Part shown: piece by piece, positions 42,407 through 55,262 of the stretch
Position numbering within the stretch: position 1 is the first letter of the stretch
Layout: each line of letters opens with the position of its first letter
Assembly (NCBI RefSeq): GCF_009914755.1
Contig: NC_060946.1
Length of the DNA stretch: 64,000 bases
Strand: one strand, 5' to 3'
Source: the human T2T-CHM13v2.0 reference genome, Homo sapiens
Translations under genes and position numbers: made by a program
The notes under the pieces: model-generated
The model's input: only the letters and a program-made list of their open reading frames with translations
Database searches by the model: none
What the model was told of the DNA's origin: nothing

Positions 42407-42934
42407 CATTGCATCTTGCCTTGGGCTGGGCACATAGAGGATGCACAAGAAATACATCTGGTAGACCCCCACACCTTTGCTCATGCTGTTCCCTCTGTCT
42501 CATATACCCTCTCTCCTCTTGTGTTTGACTTTTTTTCAAAGGCTCAAACCAAACAGCCCCTCCTCTTTGATGGAAGGAGAGTCCCATTCATCAGGTACGT
42601 CCCACATTCAGGCACCCAAGTCCTGAAAAGAGGACTTGGGACTCAGGCCTAGGTGTGATGCTGAATCAGCCCCCTATTCCTTGTCAACTGTGTGAATGTG
42701 GGCAGTCATTCCTGAGCCTCTGTCAAATGGGCACGATAATAGTACCTGCCTTATACTTGGTTGTTGGGAGGACTGAGTATGTAGTTAATGGCATCTGGTC
42801 CCATCCAGTCCTGACAGACAGTGGACACAAAATTGCTTGAGGCAATTTAATAATAATTAAATAATAATGTTATATGCTATCATTATTGAGCTACTACTGT
42901 GTTGTGGGAACCAGACTCAGCCTTCCACATGCAT

Positions 42935-43220
42935 CATTCATTCAGCATTAGTGGAGCACCTACTGTGTGCCAGGTACTGTTCTAGGCGTTTCAGAGTCAT
43001 CCATGGAAGAAAAAGGCCATAAATCCTTGCCCTCGTGGAGCTTACCTTCTAATAAGGAGAGACAGAGGGTGAGAAACAAACAAACAAAAATATGTGAGTT
43101 AACACAGAGTGTTGGAGGGTGTCAGGTGCTATGGGAGAAACGTGGAGCATGTCAAGGAGAGAGCAGGCAAGAGGGCATTCTGGAAAGGCCTAGGAAGATG
43201 GTGACATTTGACCTTCATAT
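42935..43220 (-). mobile_element. L2 3' end
   Basis: cattcattcagcattagtggagcacctactgtgtgccaggtactgttctagg..ccttgccctcgtggagctta. Confidence 0.8.
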
Positions 43221-45127
43221 CCACCAACCCCCAGCACAAAGCATTTGCCAGAGGCAGACAGAGGAGGGCAATGGACAGTAGGCGTCCATGCACCCAAGTG
43301 AGGGAGAGAGACATGCAGACACTCTAGAGAAGAGTGTCCAGGCAGGGGAACGGCCCTGTTCGTTCATCATTTCATCCTCATGAGATATGTTACGTGTTAT
43401 CCCCATTCGAAAGATGGTGAAGCTGAGACTCAAGAGAGGTTAAAGTCACATGAGAGGGTCACAGAGCTAGCAAGGGACAGCACTTACTGGTTGCAAGTCC
43501 ATGCTAAATATAAGACCTTGTCATGACCCAGGGCTTGGTGCCCCTTATAGTGAAGATCAGAAGAGGAATGGATCGTCATCTTCCTCTGCTTGCTACCCTC
43601 GCTGGTTTCAAGACCTCCCCTCAGCTCTGCCTCCAGGAATCTAGCACCGACTGTGTCTCACGTGGCCTTGCCTCATGCCCTCCAAGGGATGCAGCACTGG
43701 ACAGAGGCAAAAGAAAGGGAAATGTCACCTTCTTCTTCTGGGCTTGGCTCCTCCGTCTTGGAAAGCGAGTCTCAGAACATCTGTTAAACCAAGCCCCAGC
43801 ATATTAAACAGCCACTGAAAATGTATTGTTGCTTCGTTCAATACATAGCAATTACACGGCGAGTTTTGCTCATTAGCGGGAAATTGACACAGAGGCAATC
43901 CTGCTTTTTAAATTACCACTAATCTCACTGCACCTGTTTGGGAAGAAGGCAGGAGGAGAAAGGAAAAAAGTTGATAATAACCATTTCATTACATTTTAAA
44001 AACAAACACTTCTAAAATTCCCTTAAATATAGCTTTTGGGCTCTCAGATTCCCATCTTATCTTAGGAGGAGCCTCTTTGCCTCATGCCACAGGCTGGAGT
44101 AACTCTCCATTAATGTCACAGGCTTAATGGCACATGAGTCTGGGCACCAAGGACACCGGGAGGACAAGCTAGGCTCCCTTAAGGTTTATTTAAAGTGAGA
44201 TTCTGTGATTAACTATGGTTAAGGGACTTGGTGCACATTGAGGAGAGCCACCATACCTCAGAGGCTCATGGAAAACTGACTTATTCAGTGGGTGGGCAGG
44301 TGTTAGGGGAGGTGGATGCAGATGCCGCTACAGGTGTCTCCAGAGCTCAAAGACAAGGTGTCACTTGACCAAATCAAACAGCTGTCAGTGAAGCTGGCAT
44401 TCAGACTTGCTGCCCAGGCAGGTTGCTGAAATCATGGAGCCCCAATTCCCCATTTCTGTCTCAGTGCACGGGGTTGCATACCATGCCCAGCACAGAGGCT
44501 GACTTCACACAGTAGGCACTCAATAAATGCTTCCTAACACAACCTCGGGGCTGCTTCCTGAGATGCTCCTTCACTGATATCCTCCAGTCCATGGGGCCAG
44601 GCTCATTCTGTATGAGGCACACTGCCCTGGGCTCAAGCCCCTCCCTGGCTGGGTGATCTTGGACAAACCTCTCTACCTCTCTGAGTCTTGGCTTCCTTAT
44701 TTGGAAAATCGGGATAATGATAGTAAGTCCAGCTCAAGCTCGTGGCTTGCTGGCTTGTTGGTGAGGGTCTTGTGTGATCATAGGGCTGAAAGTGCTTGAG
44801 AAACTGGAAAAGTGGTTTAAGAACCACGACTATTGATACCCGTGGAAATGGAGAGAGAAAAAAGAAAAATAAAAGCAATGTAAAAAAGAACAATTATTAT
44901 TATTCTGGAGTTGGTTGCTCCTTGGAAGAGGAGATGCTGGGGCCTCGGATTAACATGAAACTTACCAGAACTTAACATAGCACTGTACACATAGTGGTTC
45001 TTGATGAAGACTTGAAAAATGAATTCTTTTATTTACCTAAAAAAATGTTGGTAGAGTGTCTTCTCTTGCCAGGCAGTGGTCAAGATGGCAGGGATTCAGC
45101 GGGAAACATGCTCCCAGTCCTCCTGGA

Positions 45128-45556
45128 GTTGGTTAGTGCCCTAGGGCCACCATGACAAAGTGTCACAAACCAAGTGGCTTAAAACAACAGATATGTATTT
45201 TCTCACTCTTCTAGAGGCCAAGAGTCTGAAACCAAGGTATCAGCAAGGTTGATTCCTTCTGGAGGTTCTGAGGGCAAATCTGTTCCGTATCTTTGTTTCT
45301 GGTGTTTGCCTTGCAACCCTTGGTAGTCTCTGCTCTACCTCTGTCTCATATGACCTTTTCTTTGTCTCTGTGGCCAAATTTCCCTCCTCTTATAAGGACA
45401 CCAGTCATTGGATCAAGGCCCACTGTAATTCTGAATGATCTCATCTTAACTTGATTATATCTGCAATGACTCAATTTCCAAAAAGTTCACATTCACAGGT
45501 ACAGGGGGTTAGGATTTGAACATATGTCTTTGAGGGAGACAATTTGACCCACCACA
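45128..45556 (-). mobile_element. MLT1C MaLR solo LTR, inserted in an L2
   Basis: gtggcttaaaacaacaga..cttataaggacaccagtcattggat..tcacattcacaggtacagggggttagga. Confidence 0.9.
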
Positions 45557-46165
45557 AGGATATCAAGGATAAACAAATATCCATTGAATTTATCAGAGGG
45601 TGCCATGGAGAAAGTGAAGCAGGGTTAAGGAGGATTTCAGATAATGAATAAGCAGGAAAAGCCTCTGTGAGAAGACAGCATTGAGCAGAGAGAGCTGAGT
45701 GAATGAGGACATGAGCCATGCAAATAACTGGTGCACAGCATTCTGACAGAGCATGTGCAAAGGCCCTGAGGCAGGACCACACTGGGGATGTGCAGGAAAC
45801 AGCAAAAAGTCCAGGGTGCTGGATCAGAATAAGTGAGGGAAGGGTGGAGATGGAGCAGAACAATCATCTTAGAGACTGAGGGTGTCTTAAAGAGACAGGA
45901 AGCCACTGGAGGGTTTTCAGCCACGGAGCGACCTTATTGTGGTTTACGTTTTATAAGGATCACTCTAGCTGATGCGTTGAGAAGAGATTATAAAAAGGAC
46001 AAGGATGAGAGTAGGGCAACTAAAAGAAGAGGAGGAGGACAGAGCTCTAAGTTCATCAAAGCACCTGGTCTGGTAATTTTATTTAACCCATTAAGCCCCC
46101 AGAGAAGAAAAATGAGCAGGGAGGCTTGGCGTGGTGGCTCACAAGAGAAGAAAGATGAGCAGGGA

Positions 46166-46470
46166 GACCTGGCGTGGTGGCTCACACCGGTAATCCCAGC
46201 ACTTTGGGAGGCCGAGGTGGATAGATCACTTGAGCTCAGGAGTTCGAGACCAGCCTGGGCAACATTGTGAAACCCTGTGTCTACTAAAAATACAAAAATT
46301 AGCCAGACATGGTGGCACAAACCTATAGTCCCAGCTACTTAGGGGGCTGAAGCAGCAGGATCACTTGAACCTGAGAGGTTGAGGCTGCAGTGAGCTGAGA
46401 TCACATCACTGCACCCAAGCCTGGGTGACAAAGTGAGACCCTATCTCAAAAGAAAGAAAGAAAGAAAGAA
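46166..46470 (+). mobile_element. AluJb-like, full length, with duplicated 5' junction
   Basis: Dimer with (GAAA)n tail; TSD agag(a/t)agaaa(a/g)atgagcaggg present three times (46101, 46144, 46472). Confidence 0.93.
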
Positions 46471-47480
46471 AAGAGTAGAAAAATGAGCAGGGTGACCCAT
46501 CACCCAAGTTGCATGTGCATTAAAGAAGCTGTGAACCTTGCAATAAAATGAGCTCATTTGAGAAGCCCTGAAATCATGGAAAATCACCGTGCCCTGTTAT
46601 GTGAATGACTTAAAAACTTACCTGCTTCCATTTGTTTCCTGAGCACCCTTTGGTGTTAAGTCCTAGCCACTGGGGAGAGGGAGGGCACAGGAATGAGGAA
46701 TGCAGAGTTTCTACATTCAAAGGGCTTCCCAAGGAGAGAGAAAGGTGCTCTCTGCACACACAGCTCAGCCACAGGGAACTCTAGAACAGAGAGATATTTG
46801 TTTTAAATAGTGTATCTAGGAAGTCTTACTGGAGGAAGTGGCATCTGCATTGAGCGCTCTAAGGATAGGAAGAATTTGGCAGGAGTTGAGGTGTGCACCT
46901 ACCTGGTCTTGGAGGAGGCATCTTGAGGAGGGATGTCAAACTCCAATTTGTCTCACAGGAAACTGAAGCAAAGGCTATGTTGAGGGTAGGAAAAGTTGGC
47001 ACTTTTTATTCCTCCCTTCTTTTATATTTTTTCCCCCTTCCCAAGTGCCTACTACGCACCAGGAGCTATACGAGGCACCAGGGAAGCAACAATGAACAAG
47101 GCTGTAGGGATCCCTCTGGGAAACCACAGACTGATGGGATTTCAGTGCAGCTGAGTTGGAGAAGAGAGGCAGAGAGGGAGACTTAAATAGCAGAACGAGG
47201 GGTTTGTGTTTGCTCCTTCAGCAATGGGGAGCCACGGAGGGTTTTGAGCAGGGAAATGACATGATCTGAACTGGACAAGTAATAATTATTTGGGCAGCAC
47301 GCAAGGATGGGTTTGAAGGGGACCAGAGGCAAGGAAGCCAGCTCGCATCAAAAGATAACCCTTAAGTACATCTGCCTTTGTTGGGGCGCTCTGGTTTCCC
47401 GTGCCCCTTTGTGGTGGGGAGGTGAGGGATGGAGCATCAGGGGAGGGAGAACAGGCTGCAGGTCTGAGAAGGGATGAAGG

Positions 47481-47530
47481 GTTTCCATGGCAACCTTTTG
47501 CTTGCCTGTAGCCAAGGTAGCTATGCAAAT
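47481..47530. promoter_or_regulatory. Candidate RFX X-box plus POU octamer
   Basis: GTTTCCATGGCAAC at 47481-47494 and ATGCAAAT at 47523-47530, in sequence I could not match to a repeat. Confidence 0.4.
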
Positions 47531-48084
47531 TCCCCAGGCACCATTCCTGTGGACCTTGAAGCCAGCATCCCCGGCTGCTGAGAGCCTGACTTTAGAAAAA
47601 CTGGGATGCAGTAAAATTGAACAAGAGAGACGAGAGACAAAGATGTTCGGCTGGAACAGGGGTGCAGGCTCCCAGGCAGCCCTTGAATTCCCTTGAACCT
47701 GTTCTGCAGGCTCCTTCTCCCTCCTCTAGGGAGGGACTCTCCCAAGCCCACCCTTCCCCATTTGGCATGCATTTTACACCATGGGGACTTGGGCCACCTG
47801 GAAAATGGGCTGACCTGATGGTGGTGCCTCCTTTAAGTTTTTGTGATGACTTGCAATATTGTTTGCCAAGCTTCGTACACAATGCCTGGGTCAGGGTAAG
47901 CAGGTCAAAATGCTAGCAGTTATTGTTATTTGGCATTGTGATTAAAGAATGCTGGCTCTTAGAACACCAGGTCCTCCTCTGAGAGTGGCCGCTGATTGAT
48001 GTGTGACCTTGAGAAAGTCACTTCCCTTCTCTTTAATCTTCCTGTTCTTATGTGTCAGATGGGGATGCTGGCTCTACAGTCTCT

Positions 48085-48200
48085 TTATTAGCATTTTATT
48101 GTTGTTGTTGTTGCTGCTACTGCTGCTATTGTCACCATTATTATTAGTATTGCTGTTTTATCATTGCTATTATTATAACACCTATGTTGCTGCTACCTGC
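48085..48200. repeat. Degenerate (TTG/CTG/TTA)n trinucleotide tract
   Basis: ttgttgttgttgttgctgctactgctgctattg... Confidence 0.85.
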
Positions 48201-49591
48201 TACAAAGGGCAATGATGATGATTCCTGTAAATACTCCACGTAGTTAGAACGTGAAACTCTATGCCAAAGCAGACAATGCAAAAATGAGTTTTCGAGAAAT
48301 TGTTACATGAAGAGTTTATAAAAATGAAATGCTGTATTCTACACATATCAAGACAGGATTGCTTGTGGGTGTTGAAACTTATTAGGCGAGGTAGTCCTTA
48401 GACATTCACTTGTCTTAGTCTTAATAATTGACCAAATCTCCTCTCCTTGAGTTCTCACACTGGGTCTGGGTTCCATGTCCGTTTCCATTCTAGGTGATCC
48501 TAAATTCAATTGAGAATCCTGAGTTCAGACCCTTGTAAGACACAGCCTCTCCTGTTGTAGAAAGACACCTTCCTTTACCTAACACAGATTTAGTCCACAT
48601 CGTATTACTAACCCTAACCCTAACCCAACCTGAGTATTTGGCATGTAATAGACACTCACATTTGTTGAAAGGAAGAAAAGAAAGAATTAGAAGGAAGAAA
48701 ATGGGGCACACTGCTTTCTAATCCCAAGACCCTCTAGTTATTAATCTAGAGAGGAAGGTAGAAGCCAACTCTCTCATATTCGTCTCAGTGGAAAAGCCAT
48801 TTTTCCCCTCTAACTCCAGACTTTCTGTCTTCTTTTTTTACTCACCAATGCCCAAAGGAAAAAAAAAAGGTATTTCCAAGTACGAAAGTACAAAGTTTCA
48901 AACCCACTCGTGCTCCTCCTTACAATGCAGTCGATTAATCCCACAACATTTCTCCTGGGTGGTTGCCGTTAATTGAATTAAATGAGATAATATTTGTTGA
49001 GTACGTAGCACTGCGCCTGGAAATGTTTATTGCATAGAATTGAATCTGTAATGGGTAGAGATGATTAGCATTGTTGTTGCTGCTCTTAATTAGAGCTATT
49101 AATAACCCCCTTCATTAGCACAGTACTTTGGAACTTCCAACCCATCTTCTAATGCATTTCCTTATGGCACCGTCTGGGTCTCAATGTTTCTGTCAGATAA
49201 ATGGGGGTGACAATTTGAACTATGTGAAATTCTTGAGAGGTCATTCTCACAGTGCTGAGTGCGAACGTGCTTTGCAGACTCTAGAAGGCTTTGCAAATAT
49301 CAAGGGTGTGCTATTTTATTGTTGTCTGAATTGAGAGGTAGAGATAGACTCTGATATATGAATAGGAAAACCCCATACCCTCATCTCATGATGTGAAATG
49401 ACTGCCTGGCTGTGTTCTTTTTGCCCACACCAGGCACACTTAAGATTCAAGTAAACAAAGGGCATTTGTAGGGCAGGTAGGTCCCAATGATGTTATTAAG
49501 AAAATCACTAAAATAGGCATGGACTTGGGCTTCACGGAATCTGGGTTCAACACTGAGCTCTGCTACTTCTTCAGGCAAGTCATTCCTCCTT

Positions 49592-50049
49592 TGTACTGTG
49601 TCAAATAGTGTCCCCACCCTCCCCAAATTCATGTCTGCCGAAAAGCTCAGGATGTAACCTTATTTGGAAATAAGGTCTTTGCAGATGTAATTCGTCAGAT
49701 GGGGTCATATTGGATTGGGGTGGGCCTTAAGTCCAATGACTGGTATCTTCCTAAGAAGGTCATGTGGAAGATGCAGAGAGACACACTCAGAGAAGAATGC
49801 CATGTGATGATGGGGGCAGGTAGGAGAGTGATGCAACTGCAAGCCGAGGAACACCAAGGATTGCCAGGGGCCACCATACTGAAAGACACAAGGAAGGATT
49901 CTTCCCCGGAGCCTACAGAAAAGACATGGCCCTCCTGACACTCTGATCTTGGACTTCTAGCCTCCAGGACTGTGAGAGAATATATTTCTGTTATTCTAAA
50001 CCAGCTAGATGGTGGTAATTTGTTGTGGCAGCTCTCGGAAACTAATATA
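49592..50049 (+). mobile_element. MLT1C MaLR solo LTR, inserted in a MIR
   Basis: ccttatttggaaataaggtctttgcagatgtaatt..ggacttctagcctccaggactgtgagagaata..gaaactaatata. Confidence 0.92.
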
Positions 50050-50643
50050 CCCTCTCTAGGCTTTGGGATTTTATAAAATTGTGATGATATAGCGGAAATC
50101 TCACATCTCACTAGACAGATTCTGCAGGATGATCCATGCAAAGGTTGTAGAACAGTGCCAGCACTTAAACGGTCTCCAGATGATCACACATTGACACCAT
50201 CACCGTTAGAACCCACAATGACCTGGGCTGTCTCCTTGATGTCCCTGCCTGCCCTCAGCCTCCAGAGAGTGTCCAGGCAGTCACCTGACTCTAACTGAGA
50301 GTTCTGTCTGTGTCTCCATCACAGAGAGCCAGACTGGACAAAGAGTTCAGGGTGCATTTGGAGGATTGCAGGGCAGGGACAAGGAAAAGCTGCAATACCT
50401 GGACAAGTCCCTGATGACAGCTCAGCATCAGGACCTACTGTGTGCCAGGTAGTTCGTAGAAGTCACACCAAATATTCAGAATGCCTCCAGTGTCAACATC
50501 ATTGTACTACCTCCTTAAGCCACAATGTCTTCATCTGTAAAATGTGAATGGTGACATTCCTACCTCATAGCATTGGAATGAGATTAAGGATACATAATGA
50601 CTTGTACATAAGTGTTTAGTAAGAGGGAACTACTATTGGTATC

Positions 50644-50800
50644 TTTTTTGTTTAGAGAGAGACAGGGTCTCACTCTTTTGCTCCAGCTGGAGTGCAGAGG
50701 CACAATCATACCTCACTGTAACCTCGAACTCCTGCGCTCAAGCAATCCTCCCACTTCAGCCTCCCAAGTACCTGGGACCACCATGCCCAGCTAGTTTTTC
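50644..50800 (-). mobile_element. AluJ right arm / FRAM fragment
   Basis: gagacagggtctcactc..ctcaagcaatcctcccacttcagcctcccaagta. Confidence 0.85.
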
Positions 50801-51324
50801 TATTTTGATTGTTGTAATGACCTCTTTTTCACGGTTGAGAAAATGAGGTTCAGAGAGGTAAAATAACTGGCACAAGGTTGCCCAGCCGTGAATCACGGGA
50901 TCCAGGATTTGGACATACAATTCTGACTCTGACCTCATGCATCGAAGGTCCTCTCTTGCCAACTTGCCTTCTGCTTCCAGCAAGGAGACAGAATGGTTAA
51001 GTTGTGAGTGGCATTTTCAACTCTGGAAGTTTAGGTTGACCTTGCATAAAAGACCAACTCCATTTTCCTTGGAAAGGACTCTGGTTTTAAGGAAAGAAAT
51101 TTCATGGGGTGGATCCTGCTGCAAAGCTGGTACAAACAACCCAGTGGCTGAAGCGGCTATGCAAGACTGCCTTCCTAGGGGAACCTGCCCATGCCCCATG
51201 CATTTCTTTTCTTTTTTCTCCTGATAAGAACTGTCTTTTAATATTTTGGAATGGTAAAGCTAAAGTAATAAGATTCAAAAAGAGCCATCTTCTGGTTGCA
51301 CTAAAACTTTCTCTTTTTTAAGTA

Positions 51325-53762
51325 TTTTTTAATTGACATATAATAATCTTATGTATTTATGGGCTACAGCGTGATATTTCAATACGTGTACACAAATGAT
51401 CAAATCAGGATAATCAGCATATCTATCACCTCGAAAATGTATTATTGCTTTGTCTTGAGAACATTCAAAATTCACTCTTCTAGCTATTTGAATATATACA
51501 ATCAATTGTTAATTATAGTCACCATCTAGTGCTATAGAACATGAGATCTTATTCCTCCGATCTAGCTGTAAGTTTGTATCCACTAACCAACCTCTCCTTC
51601 TCCTCTCCCCTTATCCTTCCCAGACTCTAGTAACCACTATTTCACTCTCTACTTCTGTAAGATCAGCCTTTTCAGTTTCAACAGATGAGTGAGAACATGT
51701 GGTATTTATCTTTCTGTGCCTGACTTATTTCACTTAACACAATGGCCTCCAAGCTTATCCTTGTTACCTCCAATGACAGATTTCTTTTTTAAATGGCTGA
51801 ATAGTATTCGTGTGTGTGTGTGTGTATGTGTGTCCATTTCTTGGATTTTCTTTATCCATTCATCCATTATGGACTTAGGCTGATTTCTTCTCTTGGCTAT
51901 TGTGAATAGTGCTGCAATAAACATGGGAGTGCAGATATCTCTTCAACATACTGATGTCCTTTCCTTTGGATATATACCTGAGAGTGGGATTGCTGGATCG
52001 TAAGGTAGTTCTACTTTTAATTTTTTGAGAAACCTTGATACTGTTTTCCATAATGGCTATACTAATTTACATTCCCACCAACTGTGTATAAGAGTTCTTT
52101 CTATGCATCCTCACCAGCATGTTATTTTTTGTCTTTTTGATAATAACCATCCTGAGATGAGATAATATCTCATTGTAGTTTTGATTTGTATTTTCCTGAT
52201 GTAGTAGGGATGTTGAACATTTTTTCATATACCTGTTGGCCATTTACTTGTCTTATTTTGGGAGATGTTTATTCAGCACATTGTCACATTTTTAATCAGA
52301 TTATTTGTTTTGTTGCTGTTGAGTTGAGTTCCTTGTATATTTTGCATATTAATCCCTTGTTGAATGAATAGTTTGCAAATATTTTCTCCCATTCTGCAGG
52401 TTGTCTCTTCACTCTGTTGATTGTTTTCTTTGCTGTGTAGAAGCTTTTTAGTTTGATATAATTCCATTTGTCTATTTTTGCTTTTGTTGACTGTGTTTTG
52501 AGGTCTTACCCAAAAAATCTTTGCCCAGACCAATGAACCAAGATGTTTCCCCTATGTTTTCATCTAGTAGATTCATAGTTTCAGATATTACATTTAAGTC
52601 TTTATCATTTTGAGTTGATTTTTGTATATGATAAGAGATAAGGGTCTACTTTCATTCTTCTGCATGTGGATATCCAGTTTTCCCAGCACCATTAATAAGA
52701 GAATGTCCATTCCCCCAGTGAATGTTCTTGGTGCCTTTATCAAAAGTCAGTTAGTGTAAATACATGGATTCATTTCTGGGTTTGCGATTCTGTTCCATTG
52801 GTCTATGTATCTGTTTTTATGCCGGCACCATGCTGTTTTAGGTACTATAGCTTTGCAGTATATTTTGAAATCAGGTAGTATGATGCCTCCAGCTTTGTTC
52901 TTTTTGCTCAGGATTGCTTTGGCTATTCGGGATCTTTTGTGCTTCCATAGGAATTTTAGAACTTTTTCTATCTCTGTGAAGAATGTCATTGGTATTTTAT
53001 AGGGATTGCATTGTATCTGTAGATCACTTTTGGTAATATAGTCATTTTCACAATATTAATTATTTCAATTCATGAATATGGGATGTCTTTCTATTTTTTT
53101 GTGTCCTCTTCAATTTCTTTTATCAGTGTTCATAGCTTTCCTTATAGAGGTCTTTCACCTCCTTAGCTAAACTTATTCCTAAGCATTTTATATATTTTTG
53201 AGGTAGCTATTGTAAATGGGATTGTTTTTCTTGATTTCTTCTTTTCAGCTAGTTTGTTGTTGATGTATAGAAGTTCCTCTGATTTTTGTATGTTAATTTC
53301 ATACTCTGCAACTTTACTGAATTTGTTGATCAGTTCTAAGAGTTTTTTGGTGGAGTCTTTAGTTTTTCCTAAATATAAGATCATGTCATCTGCAAACAAC
53401 TTTCCACTTTGGATGTTCTTTCTTTCTTTGCCTAGTTGCTCTGGCTAGGGTCTCCAGCACTGTGTTTAATAGGAGTGGTGAGAGTAGGCAGCCTTGTCTT
53501 GTTCTAGTTCTTAAAGGAAAAGCTTTTCACTTTTATCCATTCATTATGATGTAAGCTGTGGATTTTCCATATATGGCCTTTATTGTGTTGAGGTATTCTC
53601 CTTTTATTCCTAATTTGTTGAAAGTTTTTTTTTTTATTATGAATGGATGTTGAATTTCATTAAATGCTTTTTCTGCAAGTCTTGAAATAATCATATGGTT
53701 TTTGTCTTTGATTCTTTTGCGGTAGTGTATCACATTTATTGATTTGCACATATTAAAGCATC
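51325..53762 (-). mobile_element. L1MA 3' 2.4 kb (degenerate ORF2 RT/C-terminal region plus 3'UTR)
   Basis: Minus-strand peptides [30 protein letters not shown] (RT motif) and [22 protein letters not shown]; L1MA-type 3' end. Confidence 0.95.
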
Positions 53763-54267
53763 AGCAAGTGCTGCATGTCCCAGAAGCTACTTCAGGGCCT
53801 GTAAAGACTGAAGGGGAGCTGGAGAAAGTCAGGCATCTTGGGTTTGTGTATTTGGGGTGGTGGGAGGAGGCTTGGAGTCAGTTTTTCATTCTAATCCCAT
53901 CTTGGTTAGCTTAGGGCTGCTAGGGGGATCCTTGCTAAGGCAGCAAAGTGCCTGCACAGAATCAGTGCCCCCTGGAAAGGGGATGTCATTATGGAAACTG
54001 CTCAGTGGTATTTGTGAAATGGAGGTGTCTCACCCCAGGCCAGGGAGACTCACAGCCCCTGAGCCAGGATGGACATCTATATCCCAACACACATTCAAGT
54101 CTTGCCTGATAGAGCAAAGGAGTGGTCCTGTGTGTGGCCACTCATCCCCCTGGAAGTAAGTGGGGGTGTCCTGCCCACTCCCTGCTCCTCCCCATGCATC
54201 TCCCTGGATACCTTTGGAATCCTGAGATCACCCCCACCCCACCCCTATTTAAACTCAATGGGGCAAA

Positions 54268-54480
54268 ATAACTCCAAGTGTTGTCTGTGAATGGCGGCAG
54301 CAGGAGCAGCGGCGGCAGCAGCAGCATCAGCGACAGCAGCAGCACAGGCAGCAGCAGCACCTGGGAGCTAGTTAGAAATGCAGACGCTTGGATCCCATCC
54401 CAGGCCTACCCAGTCAGAGTCTACATTTTAACAAGGTCCCCAGGTGTCTCATGTGCACATTCAAATTTAAGAAGCTGGAC
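54268..54480. mobile_element. MER5A with internal (CAG/CGG)-rich expansion at 54293-54360
   Basis: ..gcagcagcacctgggagctagttagaaatgcag..ttttaacaaggtccccaggtg..aaatttaagaagc. Confidence 0.8.
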
Positions 54481-54700
54481 TAGAGAATGAAAAAAGGAAA
54501 GGGTTGGGCTAAGAAAAGGGTAACCTAACTCTAGAAAGGAAGTAATTTAGTTTTTCAGTGATTTATGCACTTATTTTTGGTTATCTATCTGAAGTTCAGA
54601 CTCTACCAAAGATCCTTGAAAAACCCCTTTGCAGAATCATTCCCTACCTCAGATGAAGTTCTCAAAATTGACAAAGAAACATGTGTGTATATATATAGAT

Positions 54701-55262
54701 ATTTCAACTTTTATTTTAGATTCATGGGGTACATGTACAGGTTTGTTACATGGGTATGGTACATGATGCTGAGGTTTGGAGTATGATTGATCTCATCACC
54801 CAGGTACTGAGCATATTACCCAATCTTTAGTTTTTCAGTCTTGTCCCCCTCCCTCACTCCTCCCTCTAGTAGCCCCACTGTCTATTGTGACCATCTAAAT
54901 GTACATATGCATCCAATGTTTAGCTTCCACTTATAAGTGAGAACATGCAGTATTTGGCTTTCTGTTCCTGAGTTAACTCACTTAAGATAATGGCACCCAG
55001 TTGCATCCATGTTCCTGCTAGGGACGTGATTTTGTTCTTTGTTTATGGCTGCATAGTATTTCACAGTGTATATGTACCACATTTATTTTATCCAATCCAT
55101 CATTGATGGGCACCTAGGTGGATTCCATGTCTTTGCTATGGTGAATAGTGCTGTAATTAACATGCAAGTGCATGTGTCATTTTAGTAGAATGACTTATTT
55201 TCTTTTGGATATATGCCCAGTAAGAGGATTGCTAGGTCGAATTGTAGTTCTGCTTTAAGTTC
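54701..55262 (-). mobile_element. L1PA15/16-like 3' end
   Basis: tttcaacttttattttagattcatggggtacatgtacaggtttgttacatgggta..gatgctgaggtttgg. Confidence 0.9.

Noticed and set aside
48608-48630. (CTAACC)x3 telomere-like repeat
   Set aside because: Only about 3 units, too short to call an interstitial telomeric insertion.
45128-50049. Two MLT1C LTRs as ends of one provirus
   Set aside because: They are in opposite orientations, sit in different host repeats, and have no MaLR internal sequence between them, so they are independent solo LTRs.
52273-53751. Reverse-transcriptase-like peptides (FADD motif)
   Set aside because: Frameshifted, stop-interrupted ORF2 of a dead L1MA; not a functional gene or a novel RT system.
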